A stretch of DNA of 64,000 nt from an uncultured Gammaproteobacteria bacterium (GTDB lineage Bacteria; Patescibacteriota; Patescibacteriia; UBA9934): assembly GCA_964401485.1 (NCBI GenBank), contig CAYNYL010000001.1, positions 67,834 to 131,833 on the forward strand, given 5' to 3'. The position numbers were made by a program, and so were the translations under genes. A model generated the notes under the pieces. That model saw nothing but the letters and a program-made list of their open reading frames with translations, was not told the origin of the DNA and did not search any database. This document shows positions 7,333-17,722 of the stretch, piece after piece; positions within the stretch are counted from its first letter, which is position 1; every line of letters begins with the position of its first letter.

Positions 7333-8730
7333 CTAGTCTTTTGAAATCGAGAGACCGAGCTCGCGAAGTTGCTTTGGTGGAAGTGGCGAAGGAGCATCCA
7401 TAACGGCCGTCTGCGCATTTCCGGTCATCGGGAAGGCCTGCGTTTCGCGAAGGGCCGATTCGCCGGTCATGTTCATCACGTTTCGCTCGACTCCAAGCGC
7501 GATTCCTCCATGTGGTGGCGCACCGTACTCGAACGCGTCGATCATGTGACCCACCGACTCTTGAATCTCTTCGTCCGAGTAGCCCATGTTCTTGTAGGTC
7601 GCGCGAAGAATCTCCGGACGATGGGCGCGGATCGATCCGCCTCCCGCCTCGTACCCGTTACAAACGAGATCGTACTGTGTCGTAAGAATGTTCTCAATAT
7701 TTGTTCCGTTCATGTGGTCGTCGAGGTGCTCCGGCTTTGGCATCGAGAACGGATTGTGCGTAAACGTCCAACCACCTTCATCATTTTTCTCAAAGAATGG
7801 GAAGTCGACAACCCATGCGTACGCAAGCACTCCGTTCGCCTTATCCTCTTCCGTTCGAAGATCGAACTTGTCGGCGCCATACTTCGCCATCGACTCTTGG
7901 TACGTAACGCGCGGGAACGGCTTGTACTTAACGGTGTAGCCAAGCTTTTCGACCGTCTCGATCACCATCCCCTCAACCATATTCATGACATCTTCTTGCG
8001 TCACAAAGCTCATCTCGATATCGATTTGTGTGTGCTCAAATCCGCGGTCCGCGCGTGGATCCTCGTCGCGAAGCGCGCGAGCCGTTTGGAAGTAACGCTC
8101 AAATCCCCCAACCATCAAAAGTTGTTTGTATTGCTGTGGGGACTGTGGAAGTGCAAAGAATTTTCCAGGTTGCAAACGGGAAGGAACAACGAAATCGCGC
8201 GATCCTTCCGGTGTCGCTTTCGAAAGAAGCGGAGTTTCAATTTCGCAAAATTGATTCTTGAAAAGATACTCGCGCGCCCCTTGGATAAAGCTACTCCTAA
8301 GTCGCATGTTGCGCTGGAGACGCTCGGTACGAAGATCAAGATAGCGATACTTAAGTCGTGTCTCTTCATTGATCCCTGCCGTATCCTTGTCGAGCTCAAA
8401 CGGCGGCGTCTTCGCCTCGTTTAACACGGTGATTTTCTTCACCATAAGCTCAACCGTTCCCGACTTCATGTTCGGGTTGACCTGCTTTTCTCCGCGCGCC
8501 TGAACCACGCCCTCAATTTCAACCACCCACTCGCTTCGAAGCGTTCCGGCAACCGCGTCCGCTTCTTCGCCCGACTCGCTTGGAACAACAACGAGCTGGA
8601 GAAGCCCGTCTTTATCGCGAAGGTCGAAAAATTTAACCTTTCCCATGTCTCGGCGAGCGTGAATCCACCCCGCCACTTTTACCGTTTCCCCCACCTTCGT
8701 AACCGTCTCGGACGTCATGATTCTTTGCAT
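7333..8730 (-). CDS. aspS: aspartyl-tRNA synthetase, short archaeal/eukaryal type without the GAD insertion
   Basis: FALPQSPQQYKQLLMVGGFERYFQ and the class II motifs are present. 465 aa, against about 590 for the bacterial type. Confidence 0.85.
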   Translation of the reverse strand: MQRIMTSETVTKVGETVKVAGWIHARRDMGKVKFFDLRDKDGLLQLVVVPSESGEEADAVAGTLRSEWVVEIEGVVQARGEKQVNPNMKSGTVELMVKKITVLNEAKTPPFELDKDTAGINEETRLKYRYLDLRTERLQRNMRLRSSFIQGAREYLFKNQFCEIETPLLSKATPEGSRDFVVPSRLQPGKFFALPQSPQQYKQLLMVGGFERYFQTARALRDEDPRADRGFEHTQIDIEMSFVTQEDVMNMVEGMVIETVEKLGYTVKYKPFPRVTYQESMAKYGADKFDLRTEEDKANGVLAYAWVVDFPFFEKNDEGGWTFTHNPFSMPKPEHLDDHMNGTNIENILTTQYDLVCNGYEAGGGSIRAHRPEILRATYKNMGYSDEEIQESVGHMIDAFEYGAPPHGGIALGVERNVMNMTGESALRETQAFPMTGNAQTAVMDAPSPLPPKQLRELGLSISKD

Positions 8731-8744
8731 AGAATATAGCTACT

Positions 8745-9554
8745 TTACCTAGTTTGCCTTGGAATATCAAGCCCTACGCTCGCAAGAAGCCCCTCCCAAA
8801 AAGGCGCCCGCTCGTAGCCTGGCAAATGGAGCATCATAAGATCATGGACGATTTTTGCGTGTGATTCGATATGCTCTTTTTTAAGGGACGGAAGGAGCGC
8901 ATCCGCAAAACTCTGGTCACGCGAGACCCGAAGAAGCGTAATCACCTCCTCGTCGATACGAGTCGCGGAAAACCATTCCCGCTCGTCCTTTTTCGCACAA
9001 TCCGTACAAATAAGACCTCCTTTTCCGCCATGCCAACGAAACGACAACGGCACAATCTCGTCATGACAAGAAAGGCATTCGCGTAGAGCGACCTCGTATC
9101 CAAGACGCTTCATGAATTTAAGAAGAAACCCCCCGAGAAGATATGTCGCGCGCGTAATCGAGAGCTCGTCTTCTTGATCAAGAAACGATAGCCAATCAAG
9201 AACAAATTGATAGAGCCCCGGATCATGTTCATCTTCGTGCGTATAACGATTCACAAGCGCAAGCGACGCGCCCGCGAGAAGCCGACGCTCAAGCGACCTC
9301 GTAAACGCGCGATAGCGATGGAGCCCATCAACCGCAATAACGGTTGTCGATCGCCGTCCGCGGATCACCTCTAGCGCCACAACACCAAACGGCTCGAGGT
9401 GCGACGCGAGCTTCGCCTGCATCTTCTGCGCCCCGCGCCCCGTTACCCGAATCTTCCCGTAATCTGCTGTAAGAATCGCGTACTGCCTATCCGACTCAAA
9501 CACCGGCGCAACCTGTAGTACAACCCCTTCGGTCTTCAGGCTCGCCCAAGACAT
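8745..9554 (-). CDS. recO: DNA repair protein RecO
   Basis: N-terminal OB fold and a C-terminal CxxC...CxxC zinc motif (CLSCHDE...CTDC). Confidence 0.8.
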   Translation of the reverse strand: MSWASLKTEGVVLQVAPVFESDRQYAILTADYGKIRVTGRGAQKMQAKLASHLEPFGVVALEVIRGRRSTTVIAVDGLHRYRAFTRSLERRLLAGASLALVNRYTHEDEHDPGLYQFVLDWLSFLDQEDELSITRATYLLGGFLLKFMKRLGYEVALRECLSCHDEIVPLSFRWHGGKGGLICTDCAKKDEREWFSATRIDEEVITLLRVSRDQSFADALLPSLKKEHIESHAKIVHDLMMLHLPGYERAPFWEGLLASVGLDIPRQTR

Positions 9555-9556
9555 AC

Positions 9557-9943
9557 CTACTCTTTCGAAAAATACTCGTTCAAAATAAACATCGCCGCAA
9601 GCGCATCCTTATCCTCGCGTGTCCCCGTTTCGTTGCGAAGCGCGTGGCTCGCGATCGTCGTGTCGCGCTCATCAACCGTTTCGATCGGCACCCCGATCTT
9701 AAACGTACGAAGTTCTTCGATAAACGCTTCGACGCGCTCCGCCGACTTCCGTTTCTCACCATCCGGCGTATACGGCATCCCAATAATAATTTTCTCGAGC
9801 CCTTCTTTCTCTAAAATCGCTCGGATTCGTCCCCCTGCCCCCTCTCGAGATACAACGTCAAACGGAAACGCAAGCGCCGTTTCGGAATCTCCGATCGCGA
9901 GCCCAATCCGCTTCTCTCCGTAATCGATTCCGAGAATACGCAT
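9557..9943 (-). CDS. ruvX: Holliday junction resolvase-like YqgF/RuvX
   Basis: ILGIDYGEKRIGLAIGD N-terminus and ...ERDTT..A motifs. The start is MRILGIDYG. Confidence 0.8.
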   Translation of the reverse strand: MRILGIDYGEKRIGLAIGDSETALAFPFDVVSREGAGGRIRAILEKEGLEKIIIGMPYTPDGEKRKSAERVEAFIEELRTFKIGVPIETVDERDTTIASHALRNETGTREDKDALAAMFILNEYFSKE

Positions 9944-9944
9944 A

Positions 9945-10406
9945 CTATTCGGCAGGCTCCGGAATGGTAACCGCCTCTGGAACAAAAACGAATTTTTCCA
10001 TCACCACTTCTTCCGCAACCTTTACCGGGAGATCATCATTTACAACAAACACTCCGTCCCCATTATCAACATGGAGAAGCGCAAGATAGGATGTTCCCGG
10101 GATCATTGTTGTCGTAAGCGGAATCGTCGTCTCGCTCTCTCCCGCGATAATCAACGCCGAAGTTCCGATAATTTCCGCTGGAGCTCCAGAAAGAGATTCG
10201 TGGATCGTTACAAATCCATTTTTTGGAATCGCAACCGTAAGCGGAACTCCTCGCCCATCCTCCGGAAGCTCTCCCACAACAATCGATCCGCTCTCAAGAG
10301 GCACCTGATAATAAGCAAGATCGCTCGCCTCTTTCGAAAGGAAAAAGAAGGCGCCAAGAAGAATGACTATAATACCGACAAGACCAATTTCTAAATACTG
10401 TTTCAT
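9945..10406 (-). CDS. hypothetical membrane-anchored protein
   Basis: One N-terminal transmembrane helix followed by a beta-rich domain of about 120 aa. No family assigned. Confidence 0.4.
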   Translation of the reverse strand: MKQYLEIGLVGIIVILLGAFFFLSKEASDLAYYQVPLESGSIVVGELPEDGRGVPLTVAIPKNGFVTIHESLSGAPAEIIGTSALIIAGESETTIPLTTTMIPGTSYLALLHVDNGDGVFVVNDDLPVKVAEEVVMEKFVFVPEAVTIPEPAE

Positions 10407-11185
10407 AGAGTGATCGTAGGTTGTGGAGTGAGAATTTCGGGACCATTTTTCGTAACGGCAATCGTGACCTCAAAATGCGCCGCCATCGATCCATCGATCG
10501 TTGTAATCGTCCAACCGTCTTTCGCCGTTTTCACTTCCTCGCTTCCCCCCGTAACCATCGGCTCAATCGCGAGACACATCCCGTCCTCAAGCACGACTTT
10601 AGGAAATGAACGGCTGCGGAAGTTCGGGACGTTCGGCGCCTCGTGGACTTTGTGCCCAACGCCGTGCCCAACAAGCGCTTTTACAATCCCGTACTTCTCC
10701 GTATCAATCATATCCTCAACCGCTCCCGCAATATCGGCGACCGTATGTCCAAGCGTTGCCGCCTCGACCCCCGCATACATCGCGTCACGCGTGACCCGCA
10801 TGAGCTTAAGCCGATCCTCGCTCACCTTCCCAATCGGAATCGTGACCGCCATATCGGTACAAAGCTCCTTGTACCAACAACCGATATCAAGTCCAACGAT
10901 ATCTCCGTCCTGAAGTGCGATCTCGCGCGTCCCAACGCCGTGCACAACCTCTTCGTTACGCGAAATACAAACCGTCGCCGGAAACGGAATCGCCCCACCC
11001 CCCTTGTATCCAAGAAAGGACGGCGTTCCTCCGCCCGCCTCGATGACCTCGGTTGCAATCCGATCAAGCTCCCGCATTGTCACGCCCGGTCGCGCCGCGT
11101 CTACCGCCGCCTGAAGCGCCCGAGAAAGCAGCGCCCCGCCCTCTCGCATCGCTTGAATTTCCTCCTGTGTTTTAATCATTGCCAT
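10403..11185 (-). CDS. map: methionine aminopeptidase type I
   Basis: The metal ligands are present in D..D..H..E..E spacing, with typical MAP1 length and sequence. Confidence 0.85.
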   Translation of the reverse strand: MAMIKTQEEIQAMREGGALLSRALQAAVDAARPGVTMRELDRIATEVIEAGGGTPSFLGYKGGGAIPFPATVCISRNEEVVHGVGTREIALQDGDIVGLDIGCWYKELCTDMAVTIPIGKVSEDRLKLMRVTRDAMYAGVEAATLGHTVADIAGAVEDMIDTEKYGIVKALVGHGVGHKVHEAPNVPNFRSRSFPKVVLEDGMCLAIEPMVTGGSEEVKTAKDGWTITTIDGSMAAHFEVTIAVTKNGPEILTPQPTITL

Positions 11186-11196
11186 ACGCGCGTTAA

Positions 11197-11751
11197 TTAT
11201 CGATCTCGAACCGTCGCCTTCATCCGCTCGGCCACTTCTTCGATCGTTCCCATCCCATCCACAAAACTCACGAGTCCTTTCGCTCCGTATCCTTCAATAA
11301 TCGGAAGTGTCTCGCGCTCGTATATTTCAAGTCGTCGTCTAAGTCCTTCCTCGGTATCATCCGCTCGCCCTTCCTTGATCGCGCGCGAGGCAATTCGTCG
11401 AAGCGTCTCTTCACGCGGAATAACAAGAACGATCACCTGCGTTGGCGTGTCATACTTTTCATAAAGAGCGCGCTGCAAATCGTTACGCGGATACCCATCA
11501 ATAATATATCCATTTTTCGCATCGTCTTGCGCCACCCGTTTCTTCATCAAGGTCAACGCAATTTCATCTGAAATAAGCTCGCCCGCTTTTAAGATATGAT
11601 CAATCTTCTCTCCAATCTCCGACTTTTCCGCTACTTCAGCGCGACACAAATCCCCCATGGAAAATGCTGGTACACCGAGTTCCTTGCTCAAAAGTTTCGC
11701 CTGTGTCCCCTTACCGCTTCCCTGTGGTCCTAAAATCAAAATTTTATACAT
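11197..11751 (-). CDS. adk: adenylate kinase
   Basis: P-loop GPQGSGKGTQ and the LID domain. The start is MYKILILG. Confidence 0.85.
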   Translation of the reverse strand: MYKILILGPQGSGKGTQAKLLSKELGVPAFSMGDLCRAEVAEKSEIGEKIDHILKAGELISDEIALTLMKKRVAQDDAKNGYIIDGYPRNDLQRALYEKYDTPTQVIVLVIPREETLRRIASRAIKEGRADDTEEGLRRRLEIYERETLPIIEGYGAKGLVSFVDGMGTIEEVAERMKATVRDR

Positions 11752-11813
11752 AGTGCTAAAGTAGCTTATCAAATCCCGAACAAAAAACCAGCCCCTTTCG
11801 GGACCGGCTTTTT

Positions 11814-13064
11814 TTATTTCATTTCGTAACGTCTCATGGCAATTTGAGACTCCACCTGCTTAATCATGTCGATTACAACCGAGACCATGATAAGGATCGA
11901 GGATCCACCAACCACCAAGTTCTGCGTTCCGGTAACCTCTTGAACAATGAGCGGAAGAACTGCGATAGCCCCGAGGAAGGTCGCCCCCGTAAGAAGAAGA
12001 CGATTCTGAACCCAGGAAAGATAGCTTCGCGTCTGCTCGCCCGGTCGAATTCCAGGAATGAACGCTCCTTGTTTCTGCAAATTCTCCGAAATCTGCTCCG
12101 GCTTGAAAACAACCGATGAGTAGAAATACGTGAAGATGAAGACAAGCAAGAAGTAGGCAATCCCGTAAAATACGCTATTTCCAAAGAGTTGGAGAATGAA
12201 CGTGGAAATCGACTGGACCGCTTCCGTTCGTGCTCCCGCAAGGAATTGCGCAATGATTGGAGGGAAAATAAGGACTGCAATCGCGAAAATGATCGGGATC
12301 ATTCCCCCCATATTGATTCGCATTGGAAGCTTCGACATCGATCCCCCGCCACCTCGAGCGTACTGAATCGGAATATTGCGTTGCCCCTCGTTAATAAGGA
12401 CTACCGCGATAATGGTAACGACCGTAAGCGCTGCGAACAACACAATGTCGAATAGATCAGATTTCGTATAGGTCGCCGCTGTTTGTGAAATAAACTGCGG
12501 GAACCCTGCGATAATTCCTCCCAAGATAACGAGCGAAAGTCCGTTTCCGATATGACGCTCGGAGATAAGTTCTCCAAGCCACATAAGAAAGACGGTACCC
12601 GCCGCCATCGACAAAAGCGCAAAGAACAGGTTAAGAGGCGACAAATCGATTCCCGTTACACCTTGTTGCGCAAAGATATTAAGGATTCCATATCCTTGAA
12701 GGAAGGCGAGCGGAACAACCGCAACACGCGTCCATCGATTAATCGTTTGCTTTCCACGCTCTTCTTTTTGCATCTCTTCAATCTTTGGGAAAATCATCCC
12801 AAGAAGTTGCGAGATAATTGAAGCGGTAATGTACGGTCCAACACCAAGAGCAACGATCGAAAAACTTTCGAGCGTCCCTCCCGAGAAGAGGTTTAAGAGG
12901 CCTAGAAATTGGTTGCTTTGTAAAAGCGCACCAACTCCACTCGCATCAATACCTGGAACCGTAATGTGGGCCGCGAGTCGGAACACGATAAACACGAAGA
13001 AGACGAATAGAATGCTGTTACGCAATTCTTTAATCTTCCAAACTCTCTTCACATCTTCCCACAT
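11814..13064 (-). CDS. secY: preprotein translocase subunit SecY
   Basis: 416 aa with 10 transmembrane segments. It follows rplO as in the spc operon. Confidence 0.9.
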   Translation of the reverse strand: MWEDVKRVWKIKELRNSILFVFFVFIVFRLAAHITVPGIDASGVGALLQSNQFLGLLNLFSGGTLESFSIVALGVGPYITASIISQLLGMIFPKIEEMQKEERGKQTINRWTRVAVVPLAFLQGYGILNIFAQQGVTGIDLSPLNLFFALLSMAAGTVFLMWLGELISERHIGNGLSLVILGGIIAGFPQFISQTAATYTKSDLFDIVLFAALTVVTIIAVVLINEGQRNIPIQYARGGGGSMSKLPMRINMGGMIPIIFAIAVLIFPPIIAQFLAGARTEAVQSISTFILQLFGNSVFYGIAYFLLVFIFTYFYSSVVFKPEQISENLQKQGAFIPGIRPGEQTRSYLSWVQNRLLLTGATFLGAIAVLPLIVQEVTGTQNLVVGGSSILIMVSVVIDMIKQVESQIAMRRYEMK

Positions 13065-13075
13065 AGAAATAACGT

Positions 13076-13507
13076 TTAGGAAATAGATCCACCAGCAGCC
13101 GTAATCGCTTTCTTTGCCGCGTCAGACGCGAGGCATCCGCTAACGGAAACAGCGATTGTAAGCGCCCCCTTCGAAAGAATCTTGACCGGTCGGCGCGTTG
13201 TCTTGATAAGCCCCTTCTTAAGAAGAGTCTTAGGAGAAACAGGCGCGTTCGTTCCAAAATGCTTTTCAATGTCCGCGAGGTTAATCGCTTGCGCTTGTGG
13301 CGCTTGCGAGATAAATCCGCGAAGCTTTGGCGTCGAGAGAAGGAGTTTTCGCATTCCGAGTTTCTTAAGTCCCGAAACTCCGGATCGCGATTTTTGTCCC
13401 TTTTGTCCACGTCCAGCCGTCGTTCCCTTTCCGGATCCGTGTCCTCGTCCAACGCGCTTGAATTTCTTCTTTGCGCTTGGTTTTAAATTGTGTAGTGAGA
13501 TAGCCAT
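13076..13507 (-). CDS. rplO: 50S ribosomal protein L15
   Basis: GRGHGSGKGTTAGRGQKGQ motif. Confidence 0.9.
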   Translation of the reverse strand: MAISLHNLKPSAKKKFKRVGRGHGSGKGTTAGRGQKGQKSRSGVSGLKKLGMRKLLLSTPKLRGFISQAPQAQAINLADIEKHFGTNAPVSPKTLLKKGLIKTTRRPVKILSKGALTIAVSVSGCLASDAAKKAITAAGGSIS

Positions 13508-13508
13508 A

Positions 13509-14093
13509 TTATTTAGCTACAACGGCTTTTTTAGCAGGTTGCTTTCGCGCCTGTGTCGCCGCCTTTTGCTCAGGAGAGATCTTCATAAGCTCGAGCGCCT
13601 TGAATGTTGCTCGCGCGTTGTTGATCTTGTTTGACGATCCAAGAAGCTTTGATACGGCGTTTGGAACTCCAGCGAGTTCAAGAACAACACGTACCGGACC
13701 TCCGGACTTAAGTCCCGTTCCTTTTGGAGCAGGCATAAGCATGATTTTTGCAGCACCGTACTTAAGCGAAACATTGTGTGGCAAAGTCTCGTTTACGATT
13801 GGAACCTCAATCAAGTGCTTTTTTGCTTGTCGGAATGCTTTTTCAACCGCGATAGCGACGTCGGCACCCTTTGCAATACCGATACCAACGCGACCCTTCT
13901 TGTCTCCAATAATGAGACACGTTCGGAATCGCATACGCTTTCCTCCCTTCGTTACACGCGTAACGCGTGCAAGTTCGAGAATGCGTTGATCGAATTCCTT
14001 TGGCTCTTGTTGTTCACGTCGTCCGCCACGTCGTGCGTTTCGGATTTGACCCTTACCACCGCCTTGTCGTTGTCGATTATCTTGTTCTTGCAT
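13509..14093 (-). CDS. rpsE: 30S ribosomal protein S5
   Basis: The S5 dsRBD and C-terminal domain are present. The start was chosen as MQEQ, after the L18 stop. It is directly followed by L15 with no L30 gene between them. Confidence 0.85.
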   Translation of the reverse strand: MQEQDNRQRQGGGKGQIRNARRGGRREQQEPKEFDQRILELARVTRVTKGGKRMRFRTCLIIGDKKGRVGIGIAKGADVAIAVEKAFRQAKKHLIEVPIVNETLPHNVSLKYGAAKIMLMPAPKGTGLKSGGPVRVVLELAGVPNAVSKLLGSSNKINNARATFKALELMKISPEQKAATQARKQPAKKAVVAK

Positions 14094-14097
14094 ATTC

Positions 14098-14460
14098 CTA
14101 GAATTGAAGTCCTTGTTCGCGAGCCGCTTCCGCAAGCGCCTTTACGCGACCATGATATTTATAACGACCTCGGTCAAAGACGATTTCAGTAATTCCCGCT
14201 GCAACAGCACGCTTTCCAAGCTCAGCTCCAACAAGCTTTGCAAGCTCCATTGGCTTTACTCCTTTGCGCTCAAGCTTAAGATCTGACGCTGATGCAACCG
14301 TCTTGCGCGCCTTATCGTCGATCACCTGCGCCGAAATGTGCTTTGCCGATCGGAATACGGAAAGGCGTGGGCGATTTGATGTCTGTGCAATCACCGTTCG
14401 AACGCGGTGTGCGCGTCGAACTTGGCGTTGCTTTTTCATTTTTGAGATATGGTTTGACAT
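14098..14460 (-). CDS. rplR: 50S ribosomal protein L18
   Basis: 120 aa with an L18 signature C-terminus. Confidence 0.9.
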   Translation of the reverse strand: MSNHISKMKKQRQVRRAHRVRTVIAQTSNRPRLSVFRSAKHISAQVIDDKARKTVASASDLKLERKGVKPMELAKLVGAELGKRAVAAGITEIVFDRGRYKYHGRVKALAEAAREQGLQF

Positions 14461-14465
14461 AGTGT

Positions 14466-15014
14466 TTATTCACCTTTGGCCGCCTTACCTACCTTACGCT
14501 TAATCACCTCATCATTATACTTGAAGCCCTTTCCCTTGTACGGTTCCGGCTTCTTCATCGCTCGGATTTCCGAAGCGACTTTTCCAACGAGGTCTCGGTC
14601 GATTCCTTCAAGCGTAAGCGCGTTCGCCTCGATTGTTCCCTTGATCCCCTTTGGAAGGGTGTAAAGAGATTCGTGCGAGAATCCAAGTTGCATCTTCAAG
14701 GTTTCCCCCGCGACTTGCATCTTGTATCCTACTCCGTTGAGTTCAAGAATTTTCTTCCAGCCGGTTGTAACTCCGCGAACCATGTTCAAAATATGAGCAC
14801 GTGCGGTTCCCCAAACGGCGGTTCCATTTGATGTATCCTCCATCGTTACATCGATAAACGAAGCACCGCTCTCTTCGCGAAGCGAAACAACAAGTTTCTC
14901 GTCAACAGCACGAGTAAGCTCGCCCTTTGGACCCGTAATCGTAACTACATGATCCTTGAACGTCATCGTCACTCCCGAAGGAAGTGGGACGGATTTTTTT
15001 CCAATGCGTGACAT
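14466..15014 (-). CDS. rplF: 50S ribosomal protein L6
   Basis: [16 protein letters not shown]-terminus and two L6 alpha/beta domains. Confidence 0.9.
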   Translation of the reverse strand: MSRIGKKSVPLPSGVTMTFKDHVVTITGPKGELTRAVDEKLVVSLREESGASFIDVTMEDTSNGTAVWGTARAHILNMVRGVTTGWKKILELNGVGYKMQVAGETLKMQLGFSHESLYTLPKGIKGTIEANALTLEGIDRDLVGKVASEIRAMKKPEPYKGKGFKYNDEVIKRKVGKAAKGE

Positions 15015-15015
15015 A

Positions 15016-15411
15016 CTAGAATACTTCGCAAATAATTTCTCCCCCGAGGTGACGCTTTCGCGCTTCATTTGAAGACATCATGCCGTTTGGTGTTGAAACG
15101 ATCGCAAACCCTTGTCCAAAACGGACTCGAGGAAGCTCGTCAGCCTTCGCGTAAACGCGTCGTCCCGGCTTACTTACACGATTGATTTCGGAAATCGCGT
15201 TTGTTTTTGGATCAACATACTTAAGCACAATCTTCAGTGTTGGCTTTAATGCCTTTTCAAGAATCTCTGCATGCTCTACAAACCCTTCTTTTTCAAGAAT
15301 TTTTGCAATGGCAAACTTGGACCGTGAAGACGGCATTTCGACGTTCGCCTTTCGCGCGAGGACCGCGTTTCGGATGCGACTCAACATGTCGGAAATTGGA
15401 TCTGTCATCAT
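15016..15411 (-). CDS. rpsH: 30S ribosomal protein S8
   Basis: MMTDPISDMLSRIRNA N-terminus. Confidence 0.9.
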   Translation of the reverse strand: MMTDPISDMLSRIRNAVLARKANVEMPSSRSKFAIAKILEKEGFVEHAEILEKALKPTLKIVLKYVDPKTNAISEINRVSKPGRRVYAKADELPRVRFGQGFAIVSTPNGMMSSNEARKRHLGGEIICEVF

Positions 15412-15416
15412 AGGAT

Positions 15417-15602
15417 TTACCAGCTTGCTTTTTTAATGCCCGGGATTTCTCCGGTGTTTGCGAGTTCTCTAAAGCAGATACGGCAAAGGCCGAATTCGCG
15501 CATGAACGCACGTGGGCGTCCGCACTTCCAGCATCGATTGACGCGACGCGTCATGTACTTCGGCTGCTTCTTTGATTTTGCAATATGATTTTGTGAAGCC
15601 AT
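15417..15602 (-). CDS. rpsZ: 30S ribosomal protein S14, type Z (zinc-binding)
   Basis: 61 aa with CxxC..CxxC (CWKCGRP...CRICFRE). Confidence 0.9.
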   Translation of the reverse strand: MASQNHIAKSKKQPKYMTRRVNRCWKCGRPRAFMREFGLCRICFRELANTGEIPGIKKASW

Positions 15603-15603
15603 A

Positions 15604-16149
15604 TTATGCGTCTGCTTTTTTAAATGGGAACCCGAGAGCCTTGAAGAGAGCCATTCCCTCTTCGTGTGTTCGTGCCGTTGTCGTGATTACAACCTGCAAT
15701 CCGTGGATTTGCTCGATTGCATCCGCGTCTACTTCCGGAAAGGCCAAGTGCTCCTTGAATCCGTAGTTGAAGTTTCCGTACGAATCAACGCTTGATTCTC
15801 CGATTCCTCGGAAATCTCGGATACGTGGGAAGGTGAGCGATACGAGCTTCTCAAGGAAGTTCCACATGCGCTCTCCACGAAGCGTCGCAACGACTCCGAT
15901 CGATTGTCCTTGTCGGATCTTGAATCCCGCCTCAGACTTTCGTGCTTTTGTAATTACTGGCTTTTGACCTGTAATCGCCGTCACTGTCTCTTGAAGGACC
16001 TCGATAAACTTCGAGTCTCGCTTCGAGTTAAGACCGCTGTTTACTGTGATCTTGAGAATCTTTGGAATGTCCATGTTATTCTTTCGACCAAGCTCCGTCT
16101 TAAGCATCGGGGCGATCTCTTTCTTAAATTGTTCTTTGAGCGTAGACAT
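15604..16149 (-). CDS. rplE: 50S ribosomal protein L5
   Basis: 181 aa with L5 signature sequence. Confidence 0.9.
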   Translation of the reverse strand: MSTLKEQFKKEIAPMLKTELGRKNNMDIPKILKITVNSGLNSKRDSKFIEVLQETVTAITGQKPVITKARKSEAGFKIRQGQSIGVVATLRGERMWNFLEKLVSLTFPRIRDFRGIGESSVDSYGNFNYGFKEHLAFPEVDADAIEQIHGLQVVITTTARTHEEGMALFKALGFPFKKADA

Positions 16150-16150
16150 A

Positions 16151-16468
16151 TTATTCGAGATCTTCTTGTCCTTTCTTCGTTCGCAAGATTCGGACCTTTG
16201 TTGTTTTAGTATCTTGCTTCAAGAGCTTGTAACCGACGCGACCTTCTCCTGTTTTTCCTACGACACGGACGTTTGAAAGATGAAGTGGCGCATTGAACGA
16301 AACGCGTTGTCCCGGTTGGTTACCGCGCTTCTTTACATGCTTAACCGATGGGTTTACGCCTTCGACAACAACCTTTTCGATCGATGCCAAAACCTGAACC
16401 ACTTTTCCGGTTTTTCCCTTGTTCTTTCCCGCGATAACGCGGACCATGTCTCCAGTTTTAATCTTCAT
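16151..16468 (-). CDS. rplX: 50S ribosomal protein L24
   Basis: KOW motif: MKIKTGDMVRVIAGKNKGKTGKV. Confidence 0.9.
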   Translation of the reverse strand: MKIKTGDMVRVIAGKNKGKTGKVVQVLASIEKVVVEGVNPSVKHVKKRGNQPGQRVSFNAPLHLSNVRVVGKTGEGRVGYKLLKQDTKTTKVRILRTKKGQEDLE

Positions 16469-16473
16469 ATCGT

Positions 16474-16845
16474 TTAAAGCACTTCAGGAGCCAAGGAGAT
16501 GATCTTTGTGAATCCCGCTTGTCGAAGTTCTCGAGCAACCGGTCCAAAGATACGTGTTCCTTTTGGTTCTTTGTTGTCTTTGTTGATGATCACAGCGGCG
16601 TTTTCGTCGAAACGAATGTAGGAACCGTCCGATCGTCGTACTTCCTTTCGGGTACGAACAAGAACAGCGTGTACAACGTCACTCTTTTTCGTCGCGTTGT
16701 GAGGCGCGGCAACTTTTACAACGCCCGTGAAGACGTCTCCAAGTCGTGCATAGCGCTTTTTATATCCGCCGAGAACACGAATAACCTGCAAGCGCTTCGC
16801 TCCGGTATTATCCGCTACCTCGACCATGCTTCGATGTTGCAACAT
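16474..16845 (-). CDS. rplN: 50S ribosomal protein L14
   Basis: [18 protein letters not shown]-terminus. Confidence 0.9.
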   Translation of the reverse strand: MLQHRSMVEVADNTGAKRLQVIRVLGGYKKRYARLGDVFTGVVKVAAPHNATKKSDVVHAVLVRTRKEVRRSDGSYIRFDENAAVIINKDNKEPKGTRIFGPVARELRQAGFTKIISLAPEVL

Positions 16846-16846
16846 A

Positions 16847-17113
16847 TTAGGCGTTCTTATTTACAACGCGCCATCGCTTATCCTTAGAGATTGGGCGTGT
16901 TTCTTCGATCGTAACTTCATCTCCAATATGATACGCATTCTCTTCATCATGCGCCTTGAATTTCTTGCTGACCGTGTAGCGCTTCAAATACTTGGAGTGC
17001 ATAACCGTTCGGTCAACCTGAACAACAACGGTCTTGTTCATCTTGTCAGAGACGACCGTTCCGATTAATCGGCGCTTGGTTGTGTTCGTTGTCGTTGTCA
17101 TATTAGTTCGCAT
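16847..17113 (-). CDS. rpsQ: 30S ribosomal protein S17
   Basis: [18 protein letters not shown] fold. An alternative start, MTTTT at 17098, would avoid the overlap with rpmC. Confidence 0.85.
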   Translation of the reverse strand: MRTNMTTTTNTTKRRLIGTVVSDKMNKTVVVQVDRTVMHSKYLKRYTVSKKFKAHDEENAYHIGDEVTIEETRPISKDKRWRVVNKNA

Positions 17114-17297
17114 TCTTTAACTCCGCGAGGCGGGTTAATACGCGTGCGATTGCGCGTTTCGTTTCCTTGATTTGGTGATACTTTCGAAGTTGGTTCACCG
17201 ATGTTTGCATTTTGAGACCGTAGAGCGTCCCGCGGAGTGTTCCCAACTCTTTTTGCAAATCTTCGAGCGTGAGGCCGCTGATTTTCTTGTAGTCCAT
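17103..17297 (-). CDS. rpmC: 50S ribosomal protein L29
   Basis: 64 aa helical protein with L29 signature. Confidence 0.85.
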   Translation of the reverse strand: MDYKKISGLTLEDLQKELGTLRGTLYGLKMQTSVNQLRKYHQIKETKRAIARVLTRLAELKNAN

Positions 17298-17298
17298 A

Positions 17299-17712
17299 TT
17301 ATGCTCGGGTTACAACTTTCGTTTTCATTGGAAGCTTGTGGGACGCGAGTCGGAGCGCTTCTTGCGCTTGCTCGAACGTCACACCATCCATTTCGAACAT
17401 GACCGTTCCCGCTCGTACCGGCGTCATGTAGTAATCGACGCCTCCCTTTCCTTTACCCATCGGCGTTTCCGCTCCGTGGTTTGTGACTGGGTGATCCGGG
17501 AAGATTCGGATCCAGATTTTTCCTCCTCGCTTGATGTAGCGCGTCATTGCACGTCGCGCCGCCTCAATTTGTCGAGCCGTGACCCAAGCCTCCGTCATCG
17601 CTTTAAGTCCGAAGACTCCAAACGCTACGGTTGTTTTTGACGTCGCAACGCGATCGCCAGCCGTTCGTCGCTTGTGTTGTTTTCGGAATTTTAATTTCTT
17701 TGGCATTAACAT
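17299..17712 (-). CDS. rplP: 50S ribosomal protein L16
   Basis: MLMPKKLKFRKQHKRR N-terminus. Confidence 0.9.
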   Translation of the reverse strand: MLMPKKLKFRKQHKRRTAGDRVATSKTTVAFGVFGLKAMTEAWVTARQIEAARRAMTRYIKRGGKIWIRIFPDHPVTNHGAETPMGKGKGGVDYYMTPVRAGTVMFEMDGVTFEQAQEALRLASHKLPMKTKVVTRA

Positions 17713-17722
17713 ACGACTCTAA

